DNA of 63,821 nt, filler included, from Chiloscyllium plagiosum (Eukaryota), in NCBI RefSeq assembly GCF_004010195.1. It is 3 parts of one record of this genome, joined end to end, with 100 filler letters (N's around TTAATTAATTAA, not from the genome) between each part and the next. Parts side by side here need not be neighbours in the genome. Positions count along the whole stretch, not along the records: positions 1 to 27,111 come from NC_057710.1; 2 more parts are not named here. One strand, 5' to 3'. This document shows positions 1 to 11,506 of this stretch, piece after piece; within the stretch, counting starts at the first letter, position 1, and every line of letters begins with the position of its first letter. The notes below the pieces were generated by a model. It was not told where the DNA came from. It did no database searches and saw only the letters and a program-made list of their open reading frames with translations. The translations under genes and the position numbers were made by a program.

Positions 1-542
1 TCGAAGGAGAAATTGTTAAGGGTGAGGACCAGTTCGGCCAAACGAATGAGAGTGTCGGTGGAAGGGTACTACTGGGGACGTCTGGAGAGGAAACAACGGA
101 GGGCTTGGAGGCCCTGGTCATGGCGGATGGAGGTGTAGAGGGATTGGATATCCATGGTGAAGATGAGGCGTTGGGGGCCTGGGAAACGGAAGTCTTCGAG
201 GAGATAGAGGGCGTGGGTGGTGTCTCGAACATATGTGGGGAGTTCCTGGACTCGGGGGGATAGGACAGTGTCGAGCTAGGTAGAGATGAGTTCAGTGGGG
301 CAGGAGCATGCTGAGACAATGGGTCGGCCAGGGTGGTCAGGCTTGTGGATCTTGGGTAGGAGGTAGAACCGGGCAGTGCGGGGTTCCCGGACTATGAGGT
401 TGGAAGCTGTGGGTGGGAGATCTCCTGAGGTGATGAGGTTCTGTATGGTCTGGGAGATGATGGTTTGGTGATGGGGGTGGGGTCATGGTCAAGGGGGCGG
501 TAGGAAGAGGTGTCCTTGAGTTGGCGTTTGGCTTCAGCGGTG
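1..542 (-). mobile_element. Penelope-like element (PLE), reverse transcriptase fragment
   Basis: Minus-strand translation gives [21 protein letters not shown]...FTMDIQSLYTSI...LVLTLNNFSF, typical PLE RT motifs; same family as 11507-12840. Confidence 0.85.
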
Positions 543-944
543 TTTCTAAACATAATGTTTCTAAACATTATGGCACAGACAGCAGCACATGGGGCGGGTC
601 ATGGTCAAGGGGGCGGTAGGAAGAGGTGTCCTTGAGTTGGCGTTTGGCTTCAGCGGTGTTTCTAAACATAATGTTTCTAAACATTATGGCACAGACAGCA
701 GCACATGGGGCTAACACCTTCAACACATTATCTGGGCTGACACCAGTTGTTAAAGTTCACTTGAGAATGTAAATTTTTAAGAATGTTTTGCGATTTACAT
801 ATGAAAGAAGCGAAACTAACATGGTCATTCTAACATATGAGAAACTTGACAAAAAAAAGGTATTTTTTAATGTATAATTTCAGTTACACCACACTGCAAA
901 CTTTTGCTATAAATTCTGTGTCTTACAACTGTGTACTCCACAAC

Positions 945-979
945 CACCTGATGAAGGAGCAGCGTTCTGAAAGCTCGTG
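945..979 (+). ncRNA. Minimal hammerhead ribozyme motif (family B)
   Basis: CAC-CTGATGA-A-GGAGC-AGC-GTTCT-GAAA-GCTC-GTG: stem I CAC/GTG, stem II with G-U wobbles, palindromic AGCT stem III. Confidence 0.7.
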
Positions 980-1032
980 CTTCCAATTAGACCTGTTGAA
1001 CTATAACCTGGTGTTGTGTGATTTTTAACTTT

Positions 1033-1163
1033 TAATCCTGATGAAGGGTTTTTGCCCGAAATGTCGATTTTGCTGCTCCTCGGAAGCCCGGCTATACTTT
1101 TCCAGCACCACTCTTATCTCGACTCTGATTTCCAGCATCTGCAGTCCTCACTTTTGCCCTGCC
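1033..1163 (+). mobile_element. Short non-autonomous hammerhead-bearing PLE derivative (family A)
   Basis: Hammerhead AATC-CTGATGA-A-GGGT-TTTT-GCCC-GAAA-TGTC-GATT at 1034-1069; flanked by direct repeat TGATTTTTAACTTT (1019-1032, 1164-1177). Confidence 0.75.
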
Positions 1164-1339
1164 TGATTTTTAACTTTGTACACCCCAGTCCAACACTAGC
1201 ATCTCCAAATCATGACCTTCATCAGGTGGTTGTGGAGTATCTTTTAAAGAAACCTGTTGAATTATAAATGGTGTTGTGTGATTTTTAACATTGTTGAATG
1301 GGTGCCAACTTCTGACGGCAAACAGTTAAGTGACGGATC

Positions 1340-1600
1340 TTTCGATAGGTCAACGCTTCTGCGCTTCCTGATTGGTCGGCCGGATGTATGGTTGATGATT
1401 GGTTACCCTTTTGTCCACATGCCGTGGACCCTACTGGTCACAGCCAGATATCTGGCTAGTGATTGGTTAATGCGTGCACACACCGGTTTACCAACCGCGG
1501 GCACTGATTGCCCAGGCCATGCGCGGGGTCGCAGCGCGCGTGCTGTGTTGTGCGCGCCTTTCAAACGGCTGGCGGCGTTGCCATGGATCCGAGCGGCGTT
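1340..1600 (+). promoter_or_regulatory. CpG-rich promoter, probably of KIF24
   Basis: Local CpG enrichment; ATTGG (reverse CCAAT) at 1371, 1398, 1462; TTCAAA (reverse CHR) at 1560-1565; X-box-like GTTGCCATGGATCC at 1577-1590; followed by a consensus donor. Confidence 0.7.
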
Positions 1601-1651
1601 CTTGTTATGGTAGAAGGGAGAAAGGCAGAATGAGGGAATGCTGCAAAGTTG
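1565..1651 (+). other. KIF24: Putative first exon of KIF24 (start approximate)
   Basis: Consensus donor TTG|GTAAGT at 1651/1652 just downstream of the promoter; human KIF24 also has a non-coding first exon before the SAM exon. Confidence 0.55.
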
Positions 1652-2134
1652 GTAAGTGGATTCTCCGAATAAAAGCAACTAGTTCAACATCAGCAACTGT
1701 CTGTATTTGTGTCCTATAATAGTAATAATATTATTTTAAAATGAAGGGGGTGGTGGCGTCGTCACTGGAGTCGGTGTTAGGAGTATGTACAAGGATGATG
1801 CCATAAACTCTAGGGTGTACATGCAAGGATAGACAGATTGGGTCTGTATTTTGTGAAAAGATGCCTGAGGAGTGACCCAGTAGAGATTTATTCAATTTAT
1901 AGAAGATTTTGCTCCTTTTGAAACTGATTTTTGTCCCTTCCGTGATTTTCGAGAAGCAATCATTACAAGATAGCAAATAAAGTCCAGGAAGGAATTCCGA
2001 AGAAACTTATTTTACCAAATAGTTGGTGAGTGTGGAACTCAGAGCCATGGGTACTGTTTGAACTAAATGTTGTAGCTGCATTTCAAGGGAAGCTAGCTAA
2101 GCTTTTAAAGGAGAAGGGAATATAAAGTTGCTGT

Positions 2135-3668
2135 AGAAATGGCAGAAGAATTAAATGGGTACTTCAGATCTGTGTTCACTGGGGAAGACGCAAGCAATCT
2201 CCCTGAGGTAACAGTGGCTGAAGGACCTGAACTTAAGGGAATTTATATTTGCCAGGATTTGGTGTTGGAGAGACTGTTAGGTCTGAAGGTTGATAAGTCC
2301 CCGGGGCCTGATGGTCTACATCCCAGGGTACTGAAGGAGGTGGCTCAGGAAATCGTGGATGCGNNNNNNNNNNNNNNNNNNNNNNNNNNNNNNNNNNNNN
2401 NNNNNNNNNNNNNNNNNNNNNNNNNNNNNNNNNNNNNNNNNNNNNNNNNNNNNNNNNNNNNNNNNNNNNNNNNNNNNNNNNNNNNNNNNNNNNNNNNNNN
2501 NNNNNNNNNNNNNNNNNNNNNNNNNNNNNNNNNNNNNNNNNNNNNNNNNNNNNNNNNNNNNNNNNNNNNNNNNNNNNNNNNNNNNNNNNNNNNNNNNNNN
2601 NNNNNNNNNNNNNNNNNNNNNNNNNNNNNNNNNNNNNNNNNNNNNNNNNNNNNNNNNNNNNNNNNNNNNNNNNNNNNNNNNNNNNNNNNNNNNNNNNNNN
2701 NNNNNNNNNNNNNNNNNNNNNNNNNNNNNNNNNNNNNNNNNNNNNNNNNNNNNNNNNNNNNNNNNNNNNNNNNNNNNNNNNNNNNNNNNNNNNNNNNNNN
2801 NNNNNNNNNNNNNNNNNNNNNNNNNNNNNNNNNNNNNNNNNNNNNNNNNNNNNNNNNNNNNNNNNNNNNNNNNNNNNNNNNNNNNNNNNNNNNNNNNNNN
2901 NNNNNNNNNNNNNNNNNNNNNNNNNNNNNNNNNNNNNNNNNNNNNNNNNNNNNNNNNNNNNNNNNNNNNNNNNNNNNNNNNNNNNNNNNNNNNNNNNNNN
3001 NNNNNNNNNNNNNNNNNNNNNNNNNNNNNNNNNNNNNNNNNNNNNNNNNNNNNNNNNNNNNNNNNNNNNNNNNNNNNNNNNNNNNNNNNNNNNNNNNNNN
3101 NNNNNNNNNNNNNNNNNNNNNNNNNNNNNNNNNNNNNNNNNNNNNNNNNNNNNNNNNNNNNNNNNNNNNNNNNNNNNNNNNNNNNNNNNNNNNNNNNNNN
3201 NNNNNNNNNNNNNNNNNNNNNNNNNNNNNNNNNNNNNNNNNNNNNNNNNNNNNNNNNNNNNNNNNNNNNNNAGACTGTGAGGGGATCTGATTGAGACATA
3301 TAAGATTATTAAAGGATTGGATACTCTGGAGGCAGGAAACATGTTTCCGCTGATGGGTGAGTGCCGAACTAGAGGACACGGCTTAAAAATACGGGGTAGA
3401 CCATTTAGGACAGAGATGAGGAGAAACTTCTTCACCCAGAGAGTGGTGGCTGTGTGGAATGCTCTGCCCCAGAAGGCAGTGGAAGCCCAGTCTCTGGATT
3501 CATTTAAGAAAGAGTTGGATAGAGCTCTCAAAGATAGTGGAATCCAGGGTTATGGAGATAAGGCAGGAAGAGGATACTGATTAGGAATGATCAGCCATGA
3601 TCATATTGAATGGCGGTGCAGGCTCGAAGGGCAGAATGGCCTACTCCTACACCTATTGTCTATTGTCT
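2135..3668 (+). mobile_element. CR1 (HER1-like) LINE, ORF2 3' part, spans a gap
   Basis: LNGYFRSVFT...VDKSPGPDGLHPRVLKE and RRNFFTQRVVAVWNALP; 3' tail CTATTGTCTATTGTCTA. Confidence 0.9.
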
Positions 3669-5549
3669 AGTCGTAGATGAGGAAAATGGAAGCAGATTCA
3701 AGTGGCATATAGCAACGACTTGATTGGTCCAGTAGAATAGCCTCTTTCTGTCCTTCTGTCCTACGTACATGATACGATAATATTCTTTAGGAAAGGAAAT
3801 CTACTGTTCTTACCTAACCTATCGGTCTACCTACGAGAGTCAGGGTGATGCTGGATGTAATTTTAGGTAATGTAACCAAGCAAAAGGGTGAAATACGGGT
3901 GGGGGGAATGGTTGCAGATGCATTTTTCAGACAGTGATCGTAACTTTGATAGATTCAAAATTCTTCTGGAGAACGACAAGGATGGGCCTGCAATCAAAGT
4001 TCTAAACTGGGAAAGGCAGATTTTCATAAGATCAGATGTTTTTTGCCAGAGATAAATCAAAGAACAGCAGGGCACATTCAAGAAGGAAACAGGAACAGTG
4101 CAGGGCAAGTGTGTTCCAATAAAGACAGAGGATGGAATCAACACTTTCAGAGAACCCTGAATGTTGAGAGATATGCAGGATGGGATAAATAGAAAAAGGG
4201 AGGCTTATTGCAGGTACTCAGTGCTCAAAACCGAAGAAGCCCTCGAGGAATATAAATTTGCAAGGTGAAATTTGAAAAAGGAAATGAAGAGAACAAAAAA
4301 GGGGTATGAAAGGACAATAGCAGATCAAATTAAGGAAAATCCCAAGTTATTTTCAAGTACCTTAAGGGTGAAAGGATAACTAGGGAAAGAGTATGGTCCA
4401 TTAATGATCACAGTGGTAATTTCGAGAGCGGAGATGGAAGATGTAGGTAGGGTTCTATGTAAATACTTTATGTTGGTTTTTATTGTTAAGTGGAACTACT
4501 TGAAATCAGGGAGAAGGGCTTTGATACAACTTGAAAAAAAGCATAGATGGAGAGGAGGTTCTAAGTGTCCTGACAGGCTTAAAAGTATATAAATCACTGG
4601 GGCTGCAAGAAATAAATCCCAATTGTTGTGAGGCAAGGGAGGAAATAGTATGGGTGCTCGCAATTATGTTCACTTCCTCTCTGGCCACAAGAAGGGTGTT
4701 AGAGGACAGCCAATTATTCAAGGAGGCTAGGGTATCGATAAACCAGGAAACTACAGCTCAGTCATTCCAACCTCTGTGATTGGGAAAATTGGAAGCAATT
4801 CTGAAGGACAGAATGGAGACTGAGGGATTAATTAATAATGGTCAGTCTATTGTTAGTAAGGGCAGGTCATCTCTGTCCAACTTGATTGTTTGTTTTTGAA
4901 GAGGTGACCAGGTGTATAGATGAGAGTAATGCATTTGACAGTCTAACTGGACTTCAGCTAGGCTTTTGAAAAAGCTCAACATGGGAGACACTGATAGCGC
5001 AGGTAAGAGTCCTTTGTATCCAGGGATTGTTGGCAAATTGCATCCACAATTGGCAGAGTGGCAGAAAGAAGAGGGTGGTGGTCAAAGGGTGTTTCTTGAT
5101 TGGAAGTCTGTGTTGAGTGAGGTCCCACAGGGATCCGTGTTGGGGCCCTTGCTGTTTTATATATGTGACTTAGCTTTAATGTAGGAAGGTTAATCAGTAA
5201 TTTTGGAGATGTTATGATAAATAATGAGGAGGATAACCTTAAATGTCAAGAGGATATAAACCTGCTGGTTAGATGGGCCAATCAGGCAAATGACATGAAA
5301 TCTAGTTTAAGTGTGAGGTGATACACTTGGGCAGACCAAATGAGGTAAGGAGATACATGATCAAAGATTGTGGTGCTGGAAAAGCAGAGCCGGTCAGGCA
5401 GCATCCGAGGAGCAGGAGATTTGACGTTTCAGACATAAGCCCTTCATCAGTAATGAGGAGAAAGTGAGGTCTGCAGATGCTGGAGATCAGAGCTGGAAAT
5501 GTGTTGCTGGAAAAGCGCAGCAGGTCAGGCAGCATCCAGGGAACAGGGG

Positions 5550-5585
5550 AATCGACGTTTCGGGCATAAGCCCTTCTTCAGGAAT
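5550..5585 (-). ncRNA. Minimal hammerhead ribozyme motif (family A, intact core)
   Basis: Reverse complement ATTC-CTGAAGA-A-GGGC-TTAT-GCCC-GAAA-CGTC-GATT. Confidence 0.8.
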
Positions 5586-6606
5586 GGGGAAAGTTTGTCC
5601 AGCAGGCTAAGATAAAAGGTAGGGAGGAGGGACTTGGGGGAGGGGCGTCGGAAATGTGATAGGTGGAAAGAGGTCAAGGTGAGGGTGATAGGTCAGACGG
5701 GAGTGGGGGCGGAGAGGTCGGGAAGAAGATTGCAGGTTAGGAAGGCGGTGCTGAATTCGATGGATTTGACTGAGACAAGGTGGGGGGAGGGGAAATACCT
5801 TGTCTCAGTCAAATCCATCGAACTCAGCACCGCCTTCCTAACCTGCAATCTTCTTCCCCACCTCTCNNNNNNNNNNNNNNNNNNNNNNNNNNNNNNNNNN
5901 NNNNNNNNNNNNNNNNNNNNNNNNNNNNNNNNNNNNNNNNNNNNNNNNNNNNNNNNNNNNNNNNNNNNNNNNNNNNNNNNNNNNNNNNNNNNNNNNNNNN
6001 NNNNNNNNNNNNNNNNNNNNNNNNNNNNNNNNNNNNNNNNNNNNNNNNNNNNNNNNNNNNNNNNNNNNNNNNNNNNNNNNNNNNNNNNNNNNNNNNNNNN
6101 NNNNNNNNNNNNNNNNNNNNNNNNNNNNNNNNNNNNNNNNNNNNNNNNNNNNNNNNNNNNNNNNNNNNNNNNNNNNNNNNNNNNNNNNNNNNNNNNNNNN
6201 NNNNNNNNNNNNNNNNNNNNNNNNNNNNNNNNNNNNNNNNNNNNNNNNNNNNNNNNNNNNNNNNNNNNNNNNNNNNNNNNNNNNNNNNNNNNNNNNNNNN
6301 NNNNNNNNNNNNNNNNNNNNNNNNNNNNNNNNNNNNNNNCGCCTCATCTTCCGCCTAGGAACCCTCCAACCACAAGGGATGAACTCGGATTTCACCAGTT
6401 TCCTCCCCCCGCCCTGTCTCAGTCAAATCCATCAAATTCAGCACCGCCTTCCTAACCTGAGATCTTCTTCCCGACCTCTCCGCCCCCACCGCAGTCTGCC
6501 CTATCACCCTCACCTTGACCTCTTTCAACCTATCACATTCCCGACGCCCCTCTCCCAAGTCCCTCCTCCCTATCTTTTATCTTAGCCTGCTGGACAAACT
6601 TTCCCC

Positions 6607-6642
6607 ATTCCTGAAGAAGGGCTTATGCCCGAAACGTCGATT
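6607..6642 (+). ncRNA. Minimal hammerhead ribozyme motif (family A, intact core)
   Basis: ATTC-CTGAAGA-A-GGGC-TTAT-GCCC-GAAA-CGTC-GATT; perfect 4-bp stem II, GUC triplet at 6636-6638. Confidence 0.8.
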
Positions 6643-6839
6643 CTCCTGTTCCCTGGATGCTGCCTGACCTGCTGCGCTTTTCCAGCAACACATTTCCAGC
6701 TTCATCAGTAATGAGGCTTGTGGGCCTTGGGAGCTGAGAGATTAACGAGAGAGGGGTGAAGCTGGGAGGAAGGTAGCTGGGAATGCGATAGATAACCCCC
6801 CTTCCATTGATATTTTAGCCCTCTTGGCCCACAAGCCTC

Positions 6840-6875
6840 ATTCCTGATGAAGAGCTTTTGCCTGAAACGTTGATT
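6840..6875 (+). ncRNA. Hammerhead motif (family A, degenerate stem II)
   Basis: ATTC-CTGATGA-A-GAGC-TTTT-GCCT-GAAA-CGTT-GATT. Confidence 0.6.
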
Positions 6876-7318
6876 CTCTTGCTCCTCGGATGCTGCCTGA
6901 CCAGCTGTGTTTTTCTAGCATCACACTCTTCGACTGTAATCTCCAGCCTCTGCAGTCCTCACTTCCTTCAAGGAGGTACATGATGACTGCTTGGACCTTG
7001 GGGAACCCTGAGGATATAGGGACCTTGGTGTACATATCCACCGGTTGCTTAAAATAGCAGACCAAATAGATTGAGTGGTTAAGAAGGCTTATTGGATACT
7101 TGCCTTTATGAGCCGAGGCATGGAGTTTAAGGAAGATATGCTGGAAATGTATAAAATGTCGGTTAGGCCAAAGCTAGAGTGTTGTGTGTAGTTCTGGAGT
7201 CTACATTATATGTGATAGTGCTGGAGAGAGTGCGGAGGAGATTTCCTAAAATTTTGCCTGGGCTGGAGTGTTTTAGTTATGAAGAGAGACTGATAGACTA
7301 GGTTATTTTCTTTGGAGC

Positions 7319-7520
7319 CAAGAGTGTCGTGCTGGAAAAGCACAGCAGGTTAAGGCAGCAACCAAGGAGCAGGAAAATCAACGTTTTGGAATGCCTGATG
7401 AAGGGCTTTTGCCCAAAACGTCAATTTTCCTGCTCCTCGGATGCTGCCTGACGTGCTGTGCCTTTCCAGCACCACACTCTTGGCTCTAATCTCCAGTGTC
7501 TGCAGTACTCACTTTGTGCC
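7319..7520. mobile_element. Short fold-back hammerhead element (family A)
   Basis: Inverted arms around about 7390; motif 7391-7426 with GAAA>AAAA; flanks TTATTTTCTTTGGAGC/TTATTTTCTTTAGAAC (7303-7318, 7521-7536). Confidence 0.75.
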
Positions 7521-7826
7521 TTATTTTCTTTAGAACTGAGGAAACTGAGGTGTTGACAGAGGAGAATCAGATTTATAAAATTATGGAGGCAAAGATAGGG
7601 TAGGTAAGAAGAAACATTTTCCCTTGGTGGAGGGATCATTGACTACGGGACGTAGATGTAAGGCAGGAAACCTAAGGGGATGTGGGTCTCATTTGTACAG
7701 GTGGTACAGGCAAAATCCTTAACATGTAAAAATTATTCAGACACGTACTTGCGATGCAAAACATACAAGGCTATGGGCCAAGTTCGAGTAGTTAAGTGCT
7801 GGTTTTTGACCAATGCAGAGTTGACG

Positions 7827-10800
7827 TGTTAAGTTCTTTTACTCCTGAGGTTCTTACACACTTGATGCAACTGCAACACACCAACTTCTCTGAACTAGCA
7901 ACCAAATTTATTACGTACAGTACAACACAAGCTAGTTTGCTCACTTTGACCCTCTTTTTTTATTTCAAAAATAAACTTTATTCATAAAATTATTTGGATC
8001 TCTATACAATTGGTCATGCCATTCTTGTGCACACATTACTTTGCTTTACATACAGACATCGAAATTTATTTTTCCTATATACAAATTCGCACATTTCCTA
8101 TCCAGCTCCTCTGCTGAGGTGTTAGCGGAGCACAGATGACTGGGTGGGCCCCATGTTCTTCTTAGACAAGCAGATGTCACACGGTGGTCTTTCCCCACCG
8201 CGCCTTGGCAACAGCTGCCCCAAGCTTCAGCGCGTCTCTCAACACGTAGTCCTGGATCTTGGAATATGCCAGTCTGCAACACTCAGTCGGGGTCAACTCC
8301 TTCAGCAGGAAGATCAACAGGTTTCGGACCGCCCAGAGAGTGTCCTTCACCGAGTTGATGATCCTCCAGGCACAATTGATTTTCGTCTCGGTGTGTGTCC
8401 TGGGGAACAGACCGTAGAGCATGGAGTCCCACGTCACGGCGCTGCTCAGGACGAACCTCGACAAACATCATTGCATTCCTCTCTAGACTTCTCCTGCATA
8501 GGCACATTCCAGAAGGAGGTGTGTGACAGTCCCGTTCCCCCCCCACAGCCGCTTCGAGGGCAGCGTGCGGTGCGGGAGAGAGTCCGGGCATGCATAAAGG
8601 ATCTCACAGGCAGAGCCCTTCTCACCACCAGCCAAGCCATGTCTTGGTGCTTGTTGGAAAGTTCTGGCGATGAGGCATTCTGCCAAATGGCTTTGACAGT
8701 CTGCTCAGGGAACCGCTCGATAGGATCTGCCTTCTCCTTTTCCTGAAGGGTCTCAAGGACACTACGTGCTGACCACTTCCTGATGGACTTGTGGTCAAAG
8801 GTGTTTAGCTTCATAAACTTCTCCACGAAGGACAGGTGATACAGAACGGTCCAACTACTTGGAGCGTTCCGCGGCAGCGAGGCCAGGCCCATCCTTCGCA
8901 ACACCGGGGACAGGTAGAACCCTCAGTACGTAGTGCAGCTTGATGCAGCCACACACAAAGGTGACCATCAGGGTGAGGGTGGCATCGGGTGTGTTTTTTC
9001 CCCTGTTGCCCAGATCTTTATACACCGAGTCCCTCGGACCCGGTCCATCTTTGATCTCCATATAAACTGGAAGATGGCCCGGGTGACTGCAGCGGCACAG
9101 GTTCTGGGAATAGGCTAGACCTGTGCCACGTAAAACAGCAATGACAGTGCCTCACACCTAATGACAAGGTTTTTTCCTGCGAAGGAGAGCGACCGTAGCT
9201 TCCATCTGCCCAGTTTCTGCCTCACATTACTGATACGCTCCTCCCAAGACTTGGCGCACGCCCCCGCCCCCCCACCCCGTTCCAAATACCCAGCACCTTC
9301 AGGTAGTCGGTCCTGATGGTGAAGGGGCTCGAAGATTGGTCGGCCCAGTTCCCGAAGAGCATGGCCTCGTTCTTGCCTCGGTTTACCTTGGCCCCTGAGG
9401 CCCGTTCGAACTGGTCACATATGCACATGAGTCTGCGCACGGACAGTGGATCCGAGCAGAAAACGGCGACGTCATCCATGTACAGGGAGGCCTTAATTTG
9501 TCGGCCCCCGCTGTCATAGTCACCCCTCTCAGGCTCACATCCTTCCTGATGGACTCGGCAGATTACTCTATGCAGTGCACAAACAAGGCAGGAGAGAGAG
9601 GGCAGCCCTTCTTGACTCCAGATCTGACTGGGAAGCTATCTGATTCCCACCCATTGATTGAGACTGCACTGACAATGTTGGTGTAGAGCAGTTTGATCCA
9701 ATTGCAGATTTCCTCCCCAAAGCGTATTTTGGAGAGAACGTCTCTCATGTACGTGTGTGATATCCTGTCAAAGGCATTCTCCTGATCCAGGCTGATGAGG
9801 CAGGTGTCCAACCCTCTGTCCTGCACATAGGCGATCGGATCCCTGAGGAGTGCGAGACTCTCAGCGATCTTCCTGCCCAGTACAGCACAGGTTTAGTCAG
9901 GGTGAATCACCGACCCCAGAGCAGACCTGACCAGGTTGGTGATAACCTTTGACAAAATTTTGTTATTCACATTCAATAGTGAGATTGGTCTCCAATTTCT
10001 GATTTCCTCCCTCTCCCCCTTCCGCTCGTAGATGAGTGTGATGATGCCTTTCCTTATGGATTCACTCATGGTACCTGCCAGAAGCATGTTGACATGCACC
10101 TCCAGCAGGTCCTGGCCAATCAAGTCCCACAGAGCAGAATAGAGCTCGACTGGTAAGCCGTTGCTGCTGGGAGTTTTATTCTTTTCGAAGGACTCGAGGA
10201 CCTTGGTCACCTCGTCCAGAGGTAGCAGCTGGTCCAGCCTTTCCCGTGTTCTGTTGTCTTAAGACCTCCGTGATAGAGGACAGGAACGATTGGGAGGCCG
10301 CACTGTTGGTTGGCTTCGCGTCATACAGACTGGCATAAAAGAATTTGCTGATCTTCATGACGTCAGCCTGACATGACGTTATCGAACTATTGTCTTCCTT
10401 CAAGCTGCTGAGCACGGAGCTCTCTTTGTGCACCTTCTGGAAGAAGAAATGTGAGCACATCTCATCCTGCTCCACAGAGTGGACCCTGGACCGGAAGATT
10501 ATCTTGGCCTCCGAGACAAAGAGCAAGGCTTGCTGGCCCTTCACCTCCTTGAGGTCCTCTGTGACCTCGACCCCCATCGTCTGCAGCATGAGCAGGTTCT
10601 GCATACTTTCCTGGTGCTGGGACAGTTTTCCCCACCTCTCTCTCGTCTCCTGAACACCTTTGAGGATTAAGAACCTCTTGATGTTCCCTTTTACTGTTTC
10701 CCACCAGTCTGCTGGAGATTCAAAGAGGGGCTTCACGGTTCTCCAACCTGCGTAGTCCCTCTTGAGCTCCTCAATGTTTCCCAGGGTCAACAACTTTGTG

Positions 10801-11190
10801 TTCAGCTTCCACATTCCCTTACCAGCCCGCTGCTTGTCCTGTAGGTGACAGTCGGTCAGCAGGAGGCAGAGAAGAACACCGGCTTGACGTTGGTGGATCT
10901 GACCAAGAGCGTAGGCATGCAAAGTCAGGTCAAAGCGAGACTCTGAATATAGGGACACCCTTTATACAGGTCAGTTGCAATTCTGACACATACTCTGGCC
11001 ACTCCCCACAGTCACATGCCACTCAAAACAACCCCCAATTACTCAGTCACTTATTACCCCAGGCACAATGCCAGGATGAGATCATCCTTGGAGATAATGC
11101 AAATGCTAATGTCCTAATCCTGGGGAAGCGTTCTGCAGGCGATTTCCTTACTCCGTGCTTTCCTAAAACAATGCAGGTGTGACGTATCTC
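7827..11190 (-). mobile_element. Solo LTR-like element split by the Tx1 insertion (7827-7954 plus about 10905-11190)
   Basis: Minus strand: TATAAA (10961-10966), R-like hairpin split by the insertion, AATAAA (7907-7912), terminal CA at 7827; right boundary approximate. Confidence 0.5.
7955..10904 (-). mobile_element. Tx1-like (L1 superfamily) non-LTR retrotransposon, 5'-truncated, degenerate ORF2
   Basis: GMWKLNTKLL, RNWRPISLLN, AFDRISHTYM, GCPLSPALF, YMDDVAVF, C-terminal CPRSGCG...HLLLEC; AATAAA and A-rich tail at about 7955-7985. Confidence 0.9.
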
Positions 11191-11506
11191 TGGCCAGAAA
11201 GCATTTCTGAATGGAAGAGATTGAATTGATAGTTTTAGATAGACATTACTGCCCTTGCTATTGTCAAAATGAAGTGAAAATTACAATGGATAGTCATCTG
11301 CATTTTTTCATGGCTTTCGTCCCCACCCAAAGGTAGTGCAATTTAACCCTTTAATGTCCAGGGAGATAGTCCCACTTAATCTTTTAATATTACAGATAGA
11401 CTTAGTGCTACATATCAGACTAGAGAAAACTTATAGCTCATGGAAAGAAATAGGCAGTAACAACATAGACATAAATCTGGCAGATTGACAGGAAGAGTAG
11501 TAGGAT

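Larger units (their letters stand above)
543..1290 (+). mobile_element. PLE-type terminal repeat region (family B) with hammerhead motif, interrupted by insert 1033-1163
   Basis: Homologous to 30735-31103 (shared CTTTTGCTATAAATTCT...CTGATGAAG...GAAAGCT...AACTATAACCTGGTGTT); partial inverted copy of the core at about 1216-1238. Confidence 0.6.
5362..6969. mobile_element. Fold-back hammerhead element (family A) containing a second fold-back element (5459-6699)
   Basis: Outer direct repeat AAGGAG(A/G)TACATGAT 5347-5361/6970-6984; inner direct repeat CTTCATCAGTAATGAGG 5442-5458/6700-6716; long inverted arms. Confidence 0.8.
3840..7826 (+). mobile_element. Degenerate CR1 LINE ORF2 with nested inserts at 5362-6969 and 7319-7520
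   Basis: Fragments such as WKSVLSEVPQGSVLGPLLF; CR1 sequence resumes after each insert. Confidence 0.75.

Noticed and set aside
1..1340. NUDT2 diverging from the KIF24 promoter
   Set aside because: No Nudix coding motifs (HWTPPKG, RETxEE) seen by eye in the window.
2139..3531. Long ORFs of 185-432 aa here, at 5634-6455 and at 52912-53839
   Set aside because: They are open only because of N gaps; the real residues are TE fragments.
8144..8746. 200-aa plus-strand ORF
   Set aside because: Antisense shadow of Tx1 ORF2.
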